This document shows, piece after piece, positions 1-13,546 of a stretch of DNA of 64,000 nt. Every line of letters starts with the position of its first letter. The first letter of the stretch is position 1. This stretch comes from Cycas panzhihuaensis (Eukaryota > Plantae > Cycadophyta): contig CM041465.1 of NCBI GenBank assembly GCA_023213395.1, forward strand, positions 50,909,741 to 50,973,740, written 5' to 3'. Both the position numbers and the translations under genes were made by a program. Below the pieces are notes generated by a model, which saw only the letters and a program-made list of their open reading frames with translations, was not told the origin of the DNA and searched no databases.

Positions 1-3000
1 TAATTGATGCTTAACATGTGATGATTTTATCTTATTCACATGGGTATTGAACTAATATAATTGAGTCTCTACTATTGGAAATTATGTTTGTTGTTTGAGA
101 GCATATACTATGGCAATTAGTATAGAAAAACCCATTAAAACTAGTGGTAGAACATTATAATAGGTAACAAGGAGTAGTAGTCAAAGGATACAAGAGATGA
201 TAGGAGTAATCATCTTGCATGGTTTAGGTTTCATCTAACGAATGAAGAATTGGTGGCTTGCTATCTTATCCACAAGGTTATTGACATCACATTCTTATTT
301 TGGGCTATAGTTGAAGTGGACTCAAATAAGAATAAACCTTAGAATCTACTTAAATAATGATAAATCCATGGTCCTTGTAACCATTGGTGATGTATTCCTA
401 AATTGTTATGCACTCTAAATTAATTTGCATAAGTTCATATAGATTTAGAAAAGTGATTTTCATTATACACTTATAATTTTCCTCTCTAATTTGTTGTAAA
501 TACTCATTGAAGTATCACTCATGTACACTAAGGTTTCATTCATGCATCAAGATTTATCTCATAGGCATGAATCTATATGTGTATATATTTATATGAATAA
601 TTTAATAGAGAAGGAATGAGCATTGCTTTTGATTCAAATCTTCTTGCATATGCATGGTATTTTTCTCTAATATAATGTTGAAGTAGGAACGAGCTTGAAC
701 TCGCTCATGTGAGTATTAAAGGTATGTTTAATCATGGAGGATGTCAACACTTGCTACATTACATAGTAGTAGCTATATTTATGTTTGAATTTATATATTT
801 GCATATTCCATCATATGCTTGTCTTTTATTCATCGAGTAGCCTGATAAAATGTTATTCATTTATGACTACTAATATTACAAAATTATGGAAATGTGTATA
901 GCTAAAAGTAAATCAATGTTTTGGTTTAGGCTAATAGAGATGTTTTCCCTATGTTCACTTAGCATTGCAAGTAGTTTGTCTAGACTTTACATAAGAGAAA
1001 TGGATATAATAATTGATTGGATAGCTTTTGTAGCTTTGCTTGAAGTTGAGTGAAGTGATTTACTCACTTTTTTCTAAATAATTTTCTAAGTTTGGTGGTG
1101 CATGAATTTTCTCTAAGAATATTAGGAACATGAGAAGAAACTTAAAGGTAAAATTGTCTATTTTCACTCATGGTTTTCATGAGAAACTGATTATGAAGAT
1201 GAACAAGTTAGTTATAGAAAAATGTTGTTGGACAAGAATCTAGAAATCAATTTATTAGGACATTTTAGTACAACATTTGTAGTAGGAAAATACTCATTCT
1301 TGTAAATTTTATGAGTATCTATTACTTATAATAACCATATCATAATGACAAAATTGAAGAAAAAATGGCACCCATTTATGCAATTTTTTAGACTTAAACA
1401 CTAAAAGCTCATCTTAAAAACATCAAATTTATTATTAAAATTCTTTTATGAGTTGCACATTTGAGATCTAGAGTTTCATCCCTTAGAAAATGCTAAAAAC
1501 TTATCTAAAATTTGTTTAGAATGCTAAAGATATTTTTCTTGCTCTTGAGGTGCTTTTTTATGTTGTTTTTTATGTGGGATTTATATGAAAACATTATATA
1601 AGCTTCTTAACAAGCCTTTAACACCCATTTAACAATCAATTCTCCTCTTTGAATCCATTTCAATGTTAGGAATATAATGTTATTTAGTGGCCGTAAAATC
1701 ATTAGACAATACTTTATCACACTTGTGAATATTTGAACATCATTAAATGTTGTGTAAATGCTCATCTAAGTTATTATAAAGTCATTGAAAGACTTAAAGG
1801 TTCTCACACATTATCTTATTGGTGGGTGATTTGTGCAATATCATTAGCCCTTAATGAGGTAACCTATTCTTATAAAAAGGTAAAACATATTGATGGATAA
1901 TCATGCGGATACCTAATTCTTCTAGGTGGAGAATAATATACTTCCATCACCATGATTGCCATGTATATCATTTAATATTAATAAGATCTCATACATATTA
2001 GAAAGTATTTTTTCCTTTCTTAGGTTTTGCACTATAAATCTTGTGTCTTAATATTGATTACTTGATTCATGTTACATTGTTCTTTATTGATGATTATTAT
2101 ATTACTATTTTATCATATTCATGATCTTGTAGTACCTCCATTTCCTAACATAGTATCAAATCTATGTTAGTGTAGTCTTATAGTAATTTCATAACATGAC
2201 ATTAAAACTAATGGTAGAGATCTTGTGAATTCAGAGCCACAATTATTACTTGATATGGAATGAGAGTATAATTATTTGATATGAATGCATAGAAGGTGAT
2301 TGTATGTTGCAGATTAATCCTACAATAATCTTAAAATAGGAAGTTGGAAGGAAGCTTGTAGTAGTTTCTAAGCTAGTTTTATTAAGAGTTGAGAAGAGCT
2401 CATTGATTGAAGGAACTAATATTATGCTTATTATAACTAGTGAAATTTGTCTCAATTTCTTAACATGAGTAAAGAAGGAGCAACCTTTATTTATAGAGAT
2501 CTTAGATCAAAGACTAAAGTTTAGTGGTGCTTAATGAAATATGGAATCTTTAGTGAGTTACACCAGTGGAGCACATTATTGGGGAAAGCATCCCTACTAT
2601 AGTAAACCATAAAGAGAGTATCTTTAACTAATTATTTTAGAGGAGGCCATAATAGTAGTAAAAATCCTACAAAAAAGGTAACATCTTACATGTGAGTAGC
2701 TAGTTGTGCATGTAGCAAGGGGAGTATGTTAGATGAAGAAATGTGGCCATAAGATTGAATAACATTTATGGAAGATGTATGTGTAATGAAATCTACCTTA
2801 GATCTATCTCATGTTTCATAAACATAGTCAAATGAGAGGAAAGTACATACAAAACATTACACATATCAATGTGTAGATGCTAAGCAAAATGGCAATTTAT
2901 TTTGGTGAATTATTATTATTTTTTATAATGTTTAATATGAATTAAATAAAATTAAATAAATATTTCATATCCATCAAATCCTTAATAATAGTAGGCGGTC

Positions 3001-3427
3001 ACATGAGCAAAAACCACATGATCAAAATCCCTAGATGAAAGGGGCTAATACCATTTTCCCAACCTTAATCAATTTTTAAATGACATATTACTAATATTTT
3101 AGTTAAAACTTTTATATATGAAATTTGATTTTAGAATAATAAGTTGGGTAAAAAGTAGAATCCAATGGCTTAAAAATGGATAGTCACATAAATCCTTTTG
3201 GAATAGTTTTGGTGAATATTTAAATCAATGAAATTGAGTGAAGTAAAAATGATAAATTTAGGGGTTCATTATTTGAAGTTTTTTCAAGTATATTCTTATT
3301 TGACATGGTGATTTAATGGTTCCATGATATATTTTGATAATAATGGATGTATTTTTAGTAAAAAGATATTTTTAAAAAGAAGAAAAAAATATTTTAGTTT
3401 ATTTTCAAGCTCATAAAACCTATTTTA

Positions 3428-3430
<3 letters not shown>

Positions 3431-3471
<41 letters not shown>

Positions 3472-3496
3472 ATGTGTGTGTGTATGTATGTGTATG

Positions 3497-3555
<59 letters not shown>
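3431..3555. repeat. Compound (TG)n/(AG)n microsatellite
   Basis: Direct reading of dinucleotide runs. Confidence 0.98.
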
Positions 3556-3773
3556 AAGATTGAAGGGAAATTTATTATTTATTTATTAGAATCTTGATGT
3601 GTATTGACAAAAGAATAGGTCTTTGATGATAATTGAATGGATGTTAAACACCTTGATCTATTTTGATCACCTTAAAGATGTTGTAATTGTAAGAATTTAA
3701 AATTTCACTCTAATACCATATTTGAATGTATTCATTATATACAAATATTAAATATATATAATATATTATTTAT

Positions 3774-6700
3774 TATTAGAATATGGAGAATAGAGAAAAG
3801 TAGGTGAACATAGAAATTAAAGTAATATTCAAGTCATATTGAGAGTACACATTGTAAACATCATTGTATTAAGCCATCTTTGAAGAGAGTACATATAAAT
3901 TACTTTAAGAGGTGGTGTTGAAGAACACCAAATTTTACACCCCATAAAATATATACTTGGGAAAGAGGAGGGAATCCTCCTCAACCTCCAAAATTCAAAG
4001 TAATATAAAATAATAACTTAACATTAAAATAATAACAATGAATAATAAAATAATCTCACCTTAACTTACCATGAGGATGTGTGCACTCATATGTTCTTAA
4101 GGTGAGAGTTAAGTGAGGGACATTAACCCCAACATACTCCCCCTTAATATTCATCACTTATTCTTTAGTTTCTTTTTGAATTTGTGGTACAAGTACTTTA
4201 GGTATACTTTGACAAGGTGATTGTCCTCATGTCCTTTAGCTTCATCATCTTTGAAGTGGTTAATAATTTGCATCATTATCCTTTTCATATGATATTCAAT
4301 AAAATATGATTCAAGTGTAGATATAACTTACTTAAAATTAATAGAATTGTCTTTAACTTTGACTTTATACTTTTGAGGAGAGTTGATTAGGTCAAATATA
4401 TATGTAATCTCAAATGTAGCAATGTGATTATTAGTCTCAATTGAATCTTCAACATTATATGTAACATTAGATTTTTCATCAATAAACACCTGCTCTATCA
4501 TCTATCTCACAAAGAACACATCATCAATATAGTCAAATTTATTTAAATCTAAAATTTCCCCCCTATAAGGTAAGTATAGGGTATCCCAAACTAATTTTGA
4601 TATGGTTAAATCGCCAACACTAGTGAATACATCATTATTTAGTGTAGAAAAGATTAGAGCTAAGGCTTCATTATCTTTTTTCAAGTTTTCTCTAAAATTA
4701 AGTTCATTCTTAAGATAACCATCACTTACATAATGCTATTAATTATTTACAATGAGATGAGTTTTTAAAATGTACTTCTAAATGTAAAAGTTAGTCCTAT
4801 CAAATATGGAAAACCTTAAGTTATCTTTATTCGTTGTCATTGTAATCAATAAATTATAACTTCTAATAAGAAATCAATCTTGAAATAAGCAATAGAAAAG
4901 AGGTATAACTCCTTAAATAATGAGATAAATAATTGATAAATAATCTTTTAAATTAGATTCAATGAATGCTATTTGTAAAGTACTTTTCATAAGACTTCAA
5001 AATAGGTTAATGTGCCTTCAAATAATCAAATGCAACTTTGAAATAATTTTTAAAAAATAAACAAAACAGATCCTTTAATTTTAAAATCTTATTAAGAGTA
5101 AATAACCATCAAATGAGCCTTTCAAATCAAAGATAACATTCAAATAGTCATAAATGCATGCCTATTGAAAAATAATATAAACAACCTTTATTGAAATGAA
5201 ACTAAATAAGAAGATAATAATATGAGTTTTTAATATTCAAATGCAAAGCACTTAACTTTGAAATAATGATCAATATTCAACTTATAGTCTCTTAAAGTAA
5301 TGACAAATATATGAGGCTTTAAAGAGATGAACTATGAAGTATAAATGTAAATATAATGAAATGCTTAACATGAGATGAACTTCAAAAGCATAAAGAAGCC
5401 ACAAATGGCTTATGATTATGCACTAAAATACACTTATCAATCTTTAAAAATATAGTGGATTTAAGATAAATAAGAATGTTTTTTTAATTAGTGAACCAAC
5501 AACTTTAGATATATGGAATTTCTAGCAAAATTTCTTGAAACAATGTAGATGAAATAAAGAGATAATCTTTTATAAATTCATATGAAAACTAGGTGTAATC
5601 TTAAAGTTTTAAAGGTGATAAAAGACCTTAAATAGCCAAAAATACTAAAAGAAATCCTTTTAAATTCAAATATAAATATTAAAAAAAGAGAATAGTAATG
5701 GTAAGGAGCATTAATTATCATTTTAATCCAAATAGAGCTCTTGATCTTCAAGAAGCCAAAATTGATGCTAAAGAGCTAAAAAGAACTTATAAGCTTATAA
5801 AACCAAGTAAATATTATTGATAATTAATTAGCATATAGATAATAATCAAATATATTAAGTTAGAATAAGAGATTTGGCTTAAAATATCAAAGAATGTATC
5901 TAACTAAGATTGAAACAGAGCCTTAACTTCAATGGATTCAAAGACATGAAAAATAGTATCAAATCATGATAAAACCTAATTTAATATATAGATCATAAAA
6001 AATCTTTTTGACAAATCCAACCATTCAAAAAATAGGCTCCTAGATCAAAAGTTATGACTATTTTAAGAACTTTACTACTAAGATTTTTAAGGATTACAAT
6101 AGTACCTAGTGGTGAAATACTAATAATATTTTGCTCCTACCTTTGATTGACATCAAACCACTTCCATTGGATATAAAATTAAAAAATATACAAAATAAAA
6201 AGAAAAATGAGGTCATTTGGATACTAGTAGCTAATTTTATGGCTCTTTGAAGTTGAAGTTTCAAAATTATCCCAAAAATACGGTGACAGAAAAGTAGATC
6301 AAAATTAAATCTACTATAATTTTTATAACTTTTCACTAAAACTAGCACTATGACCATTTAAAAAAATAGTGAAAATGATTTAAATCATAAAAATATTAGT
6401 TGAGATACCAATATAATGGCTCTAAATTATTGTTAGGATGATTATGGCTATAAACTCTACACAAATCTAAGAAAATATAGATTATTTTGAGCATATATTG
6501 CTTGTTATGAGTGGTTTGATAGATCTCCTTTTAAAAACTTAATAGATCTTATTTTTATGCTAGATGAAGTTAAATGATAAAGCTTTGAATGTAGTATAAG
6601 ATCTAAAACATTAAATGAAACTAAGTAGGCCAAGATCAAGATGTTAATAATAAAAAATATTGCCAAGATTTTGCTTTGATACCATGTTAAAGTATGGTGA

Positions 6701-7047
6701 CTAGATTAGAGCAAGTGAACCCATAAATCAAAGTAAACATTTAATATATATTAAGAGTATACATTATAAACAACATTATATTAAGCCATCTTTGAAGAGA
6801 GTACATATAAATTCCTTTAAGAGATAGTGTTGAAGAACACCAGGGTTTTGCACCCCATAAAATATATACTTAGGAAGGAGGAGAGAATCCTCTTCAACGT
6901 CTAAAATTTAAACTAATATAAAATAATAACTTAATATTAAAATAATAATAATGCATAATAAAATAATATCACCTTAATTTACCATGAGGATGTGCACACT
7001 CATATGTCCTTAAGGTGGGAGTTAAGTGGGCAACATTAACCCCAACA
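3774..7047 (-). mobile_element. E3: gag-only (TR-GAG-like) copia-type LTR element inserted in the 3' LTR of E2
   Basis: LTRs 3774-4134 and 6685-7047; PBS 6673-6684 (GCTTTGATACCA); PPT 4135-4145; perfect TSD TTTAT. Confidence 0.92.
4135..4840 (-). pseudogene. gag: Short copia Gag-derived ORF of E3 (stops)
   Basis: Hand translation MTTNKDNLRFSIFDRTNFYI*KYILKTHLIVNN**HYVSDGY...KKDNEALALIFSTLNNDVF...SKLVWDTL matches the copia Gag N-terminus (DUF4219/UBN2-type). It ends KVYLKYLYHKFKKKLKNKVMNIKGE at the PPT. Confidence 0.8.
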
Positions 7048-8717
7048 TTTATATCATGAGGAATGTATATAATTCACATAATATAAGATCAATATATCAA
7101 GAAATAACTTGAGATATAATATATAGATATAAGAAGCATGTTAAAGTATCACCACAACAGAAAGTAAATTTATATGTAAAAAACCTAGTATGGAAAAAAC
7201 CATGGAGAAGGTTAAAGTTAAAGGCTTCTCTTTATGATCCTAAAATATTGCATCATCAATTTAATGATCTTTCTGAAGTTCTCAAGTGGTGTGTGTACAT
7301 ATCTATAGATATATCACCTCGTGAATATTTTATAATATTTCTTGAATTATTTTATCATTTAATAGGATGCTTATATGAATAATCATATATATTATATCTA
7401 TCAATAATTTTAGTTAATGAAATTTCATATGGGTCCACTACTTTATATTAAATATTAAATATATAAAAGTATCATATATTCCAATAATTCCCTTTAATAT
7501 TTAATGTCTTCAATTTACAATCTTCAAATCTTTAACCTTAATCTTCATACTTTCCCTATATATTAGAATCTATAAACCTATAATACATATCAAATTTGTA
7601 TCAAATTGAATTAAGTTATACCACTTATAACCTATAAATCTATAAGTTTATTAGTATTAAGCTTGTTTCTTATAAGTAATTAACATGTAATCTATTATCA
7701 AATCATTCTATAATCAATTGTGATAATCAGTGACCAACTATTAACATCCACTTATAAAATACCTATTAACCAATAATTAATAAACCAAATAATCAATCTT
7801 GAGTTCATGACCTTTACTTGTCATATTTACATGAAGTTTTATCCTCAATAACTTCATATTTTCACATGTAAAATTGTAATAAACATCCTATTATTAACTT
7901 ATCATCTTAAGAGTCTCATAAATAAAAATAATTACTAATATATATATAAAACAACAACCATCTACCGAAATACATAGGTAAACCAAGCATTGTAATCATT
8001 AGTTCTCTAGGAAGTATTTCTTATATGTGGTTCATTAACAAACAAGAGTATCAGGAATATCTAGTATCATAATGTATGTGTTGTATTATAGTAGCTTGTG
8101 AAACCTTTTCTTGTCTTTTATATAGAAGATAGCCTTGTATGATTTATTCATCTATTCATGCGTTAAAATCTTTCTTTTGGTAACTAATAAATAAAATATC
8201 AACATCAACAAATTAATAATTTGAATAAGCTAACTCTAAGAATAAGGCATACCACCTAGCCAAGTCAAGATAGCTATAATAAAGTAATATAAAGAGTATG
8301 TTCTTATGCCTCTTATCATACATGCAAGCTAGATTTCTCATTAACAAACACATATTTAATATCAATTGGACTTCTCAATAATTGATTTTGGTATACTAAG
8401 TAAACAATATATATGACTTCTTCTCTATATCTCATAAATATGTGGAAATTTCACTTAATCATCACATCAATATTCTAATAAATAAATTAGGCCCTTCATT
8501 AATATAAATCAAGTGGTGTTATCATCATCATTCATCAATAAATCAAGTGATCATGACATTTAATTAGTAAGTATAACTCTATTTATCAAATGTGTAAAAT
8601 ATGAAGGGGGATTTATATTATATACAACATATTTAAGATTCCCACATTAATAATATATCTCACAACATCAATTTTGAGCCTAAATTATTATAATTGAGCC
8701 TTAAATATCTTTATTTT

Positions 8718-8946
8718 TGTTGGAAATAATATTTGCAGGACTATGCTCTGATACCAAATATAGGAAGTAGAATATAGCTCTAAGTGCTCTGATACCAAAT
8801 GTAGGAAATAGAATGGAGCTAAACTGCTCTAATACCAAATGTTAGAAATAGAATGTAGCTAAACTACTCTGATACCAAATGTAGGAAATAGAATGTAGCT
8901 AAACTGCTCTGATACTAAATATAGGAAATAGAATGTAGTTAAACTG
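8718..8946 (-). repeat. Tandem ~40-bp 'U5 end + PBS' array inside the E4 3' LTR (5 PBS copies)
   Basis: GCTCTGATACCA-like copies start at 8745, 8786, 8826, 8866 and 8906, each followed by AA + TGTAGG/TGTTAG/TATAGG-AAATAGAATG-like sequence. Confidence 0.95.
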
Positions 8947-9357
8947 AGATATAATAAACTTTAATATATTCAAAATAACAGTATTGCATCAAATATTCAA
9001 TATAAATCTATGTAACAATGTAGCAATATAGATCGATATTGTACAAATGAACTATGAGAGCTTGATAGCATTATCTTCAATCCATTGTTGTTGAGAGCAT
9101 GACAAATATCCTCAAAGAAGGCGATGTCTAAAAGACACTAGGGTTGTACACCCCATAATATAAATAGTTTTGGGGAAGGAGGGAAACTCCTCAACCCTTG
9201 AATTTAAATTAATAATAAAATAATGTAACTTAACTCAAATAAACTAATTCAAATTAATATTAACTTACCTACATGTGTTTTAGCATCACATGTGTAAATT
9301 GAGGTGCACAATCCTGGTAGGTAAGAGGGAGTTGAGTGATGACATTATACTCCAATA

Positions 9358-10079
9358 TTCTCCCCCTTAATGTCATCATGAACACTTGTATCTTTTCCTT
9401 GAACTTATGGAACTTATACTTGAAAAAAACTTTGAAATTCTGATCTTGATCTTTATCAACTCTTCTCACCCTTATAGTCACATATGTCTCTTTATCATGG
9501 AATGATGTAGAAAAACTACAAGTAGATGAAACTTGATTCAAATATAAATGAATAGCTATAATTTTGATTTTGTCAACTGGAATATTAAGAAGGCTTTGAA
9601 CTTGAACTTTTGTAATCTTTATGCTTTGAACAACTGTCATATCATCAGGTTCATTCTTTGTCATATCATCAGATTCATTCTTTGTTATGTCGTAAGATTC
9701 ATCTTCATTCTCCCCCTCAAATGGAGGATCAAATCCTTGTGCAACAAGGTGGTCCTACATTTGATCTAAATCTTTATTGGTTTTGTCATCATGATCTACC
9801 TGTTATGTTACCTATCTCACATGCTCATCAAAAATTTCATCAAATACATGGAGGGTATCTCCCCCATAAGTAGAAATTAATACATTCTAAACTGATTTCA
9901 TCATTCATAGTACAAAATAATAAACCTAATGCTTCATTATCCTTTCGAATATATTCTTTAATGCTAACATCATAATCATGTTGCAAATATTTCCATAAAT
10001 CATGTTCAATAAAATAGTTTCTCATAGTGTTATGCCATTGTGCAAAATTTTGGCCATAAAAAATAGGGAATTGAGTCAT
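9358..10079 (-). pseudogene. gag: Short copia Gag-derived ORF of E4 (frameshifted)
   Basis: ORF track: MTQFPIFYGQNFAQWHNTMRNYFIEHDLWKYLQ...KDNEALGLLFCTMNDEI, then ...KVFFKYKFHKFKEKIQVFMMTLRGR. Contains a 24-bp tandem repeat at ~9637-9700. Confidence 0.8.
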
Positions 10080-11048
10080 TTTATTAAACAACTTTAATAT
10101 GTAGAATGAATATGCTTTAACAAGTTAAAATATCAACAAATTAATGAATATATATGATTTCAAATGCCCTTTAGAAAGTTAGTCAACTAGGCATAATAAG
10201 AAAATAATCTTTTTTTTTAAATGATAAAAGAACCTTTTAATATATGTACGCCTTTCAAATAAACTTTGAGATAAAGTGAATATAAGAGCATATATAAAGA
10301 TCTTTTGCCTTAATAATAATGTAAAATGCTAAAAATGAAATATATAAAAGTATTTTTCACTTTGAAAAAATAATAATATAAAGAAATTTTTAATAAAAAA
10401 TTAATATGCTTCTTAAAAGAAGGTTTGAATGATAACCTTAGGTATGAGGGATTCAAAAGTATATTAAATGATATCAGAATGATATAAAACTTTACGAGTA
10501 TAAAGATAAACAAAATGTGAACCCAACGGAATTGACCGTTCTGAAAATGGGTTCCTAGAAATCAAGTTGTAGTGAATCAAAGGTGTAGGCCTCGTTTTAA
10601 GGCTAAACAGGAGCAGGGGGTCAAAATGCTAACAAAATACTTATAGAATACTATAAGGTAATCAAATACTATTTATAAAATTGTTCAATGTACTTTTAAT
10701 TAAAAAGTTTTTAAAAAATATATTAAAAAATGTGTAAAAATATTAGATTTGAGGCAATAAAGTACCTCTACTTTGAATGATTTGAAAATCAGTAAAAATA
10801 TGTCAAAATGTATAAAAAATTATGTTAAATCAAAGAGAATTAAGTCAGATTCCCAACAAAACTAACGAAGTTAAAATCTGATACAAAATAAAAAAGTTAT
10901 AGCAAAAATGGTAACAGGTGTCTTTATATAAAATGTTAAGAAATAGGCTAAAAACAACTAAATTCCTACTTTTAGTGATTAAAATACTAATGAAAATGAA
11001 TTCAAAAAATTAAAATAAGAAGTGGGTATTGAAGCTTATAGAACGTAG

Positions 11049-12230
11049 CTGGAAGATGTTTGGAAGCTCCCCCTTATTCTGAAAATAGCTATTTTCTGGT
11101 GGACATGTTTCATGAATAAAATTCTCACTGTAGATAACCTTTAAAAGCGAGGCTTCATGTTGGCTAACAGATGTGTGCTATGCTGTAAAGGGGAGGAATC
11201 CATTGATCACATCATCCTTGAGTGTCCTTTCACAAAGGAAGTTTGGAAGTTGTTGCTTAGAAAACTAGAAGTATACTAGACTTTCTCGCAAAGGACAGCT
11301 ATCCTCTAGCTTACTTGGCAAAGCCCATTCAAAAGTAATACTCTCAGCCACATCTGGGAGAATACGCTCCTGATTCTGGCATGGAATATCTGGAAAGAAA
11401 GGAACAACATGATTTTCTAGGGAAAAGAGAAAGACCAGATGGCCGTCTATCTCAAAATCTGTTCAGACATCAGAGAAAACGTTGGAAAAGCTAAAGAAAA
11501 ATGCATATCCCTGGCAGAAAGTAGGATTTTGCTCAAATGGGGCATAGAACATGAATTTGAGGTTTCTAAGCCCAGAAGTACTAGATGGATCCCTCCAGTC
11601 AAGCCCTGGATCAAAATTAATTTTGACAAGGCAGCGAAAGGGAACCCTGGAGAAGCTGGGGGAGGGGGAATCTGTAGGGATAGCAAAGGCTCTCCCATTT
11701 AGGCCTTTGCGAATTATTATGAGAACCAAACTAACAACTACGTGGAAATGCATGCTATGCTTAAAGCCCTCGACCTAGCCTACATAGGGGGCTCTCAGGG
11801 GCTGGTGATTGAGGGAGATTCTGAGGTTGTCTTAAACTCGCTAAAAGGTGAGGCCCTTTCGGACTAGAGGTTTCAAGCCATAATCAAAGATGCCAAAGAG
11901 ATCATTAAAGGAATGTCGGATGTCTGCATAAGACACACCTTGAGAGAAGGCAATAAAGTAGTAGACTTTTTGGTAAATTGGGGGGTGAGGAACAAGAGGA
12001 GTCAAGTGTGGAGATATGATTTTCCTAGGGACCTTTTGGCTGTGGTTGACAAGGATATGATATGTAGGAGCTAGCCGCGGGACTTGTCCCGGCATTCTAG
12101 TCCTCTCACCTAAACCATGGGGTTGTCACGGTTAACTTTAGATTGGCATCTGATTTGCTTTTTGATGTACTAGGTTGTGGGATCCTGATTTCAAACCCAC
12201 TCTAATTCATTTTATCTTACAAAAAAAAAA
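11049..12230 (+). mobile_element. 5'-truncated L1-clade LINE with zf-RVT and RNase H, inserted in the E4 leader
   Basis: Motifs NKILTVDNL*KRG...RCVLCCKGEESIDHIILECPFTKEVW (zf-RVT) and WIKINFDKAAKGNPGEAGGGGICRD, IEGDS, REGNKVVD (LINE RNase H). Poly(A) at 12221-12230. 16-bp TSD AGCTTATAGAACGTAG / GGTTTGTAGAACGTAG (13/16). Confidence 0.93.
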
Positions 12231-12859
12231 GGTTTGTAGAACGTAGATCGCTATAGAAGAAATCTAAGTAGAAAACAATTTACCAGTAATAAATTACGAT
12301 CGGTTCTAAAAGTGATTTTGTTAAAAGTGTGAAAAAGGCTAAAAATTTGAATATCTAACATTAAATTGGTCGAAATAGGGTCAAATCTACACCAAATTGG
12401 TCATATGACCAGTCAAAATTGGTGTATAGAAAATTTCTAATCTAATGGAGATGGTTTAGTTAGAAACTAATGCTTTAGTGAAGAGTTATGGTAAAAAATT
12501 ACCAATAACCTTATAAAAAATAAAAAATAAATAAAAATGAAAAGTTTTATAATAGATGAAATAACCCTTTTGAGATGGCAAATGGTCACATGATGACAAG
12601 ATAAGACCGGGGGGATAGCAGTCAAGAGTGCTAAACTCTTTAAACACCCAGATTTTAAAAATTTATATAATTAAATTTATTTATTATTATTATTATTTTT
12701 TAAACTTAAAATCTATATAAAAAAGGGAAATGAAAATGGCTGCCGCCATAATTGCAGATGGACGGGGACCTGAACTATAAGAAAATAATTTAAAATAATA
12801 AATTTGGTGCCAGAGTTGGGCGTACTTAAAAATTTATATATATGCAAAAATATAAATAA

Positions 12860-13180
12860 GAGAAGTTGTTACATGCACCTAGCTGTTATTAACTGCACAG
12901 ACGCATGTGCCGTGAAGAGTACGCTACACGCAAAGCTGTTACGTGCACCTAGCTATTAAAATAAGAAAAAGCTATTAAAATAAGAAAAAGTTGCATAAAT
13001 ATCAATGTGCCTAGTTGCGAGTTGAAGCCACACGTAGGTGAGTAGAGGCGTGTGCCAGCCACCATTATGAGCAGAATGCATGCCACCACCATTATGAGCA
13101 GATTCCCAATGCAAAAGTGCTAGCGTAGAACGTATGCCACCGTTATGAGCAGATTCCCAACGTAAAAGTACTAGATGCAC
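12860..13180 (+). repeat. Local direct repeats in a CpG-retaining segment of the E4 leader
   Basis: AGYTGTTACRTGCACCTAGCT x2 (~12864, ~12934); AGCTATTAAAATAAGAAAA x2; CCACCRTTATGAGCAGA x3 (13059, 13085, 13137). Confidence 0.85.
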
Positions 13181-13546
13181 GTCACACGGATTAACCTAAT
13201 GGAGAATGGCTGAGGAACGACTGAGACTCAGGAGCATAGATCAAACGGCTGAGAGAGTAAGCAATGCAGCAAACTCCTGACCTTTTCCAGGAACCAGCGA
13301 GGGCAGAGATTTCAAGGAGCTAAGAGTTCTGATCGCGACTCCAAAGATCTAAGTGTATTATCTTCTTATGAGTCGAAAGTAGATAATCTGTCTCAGGAGG
13401 TTATAGAAGACGAGAGAAGTGGCAGCAGAATGAGAGAAATGCAAGACACAATATCAAACTTGTAGGAAGAGAAAGCGAGGGTTTTGATTCAGTTGTCGGT
13501 AGAGAGTCTTCAGACAAAGCATTTACAGGATGAAATCAACAATTTG

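Noticed and set aside
1-1663. Possible coding remnants at the window start
   Set aside because: Too degenerate to assign; no motif could be supported.
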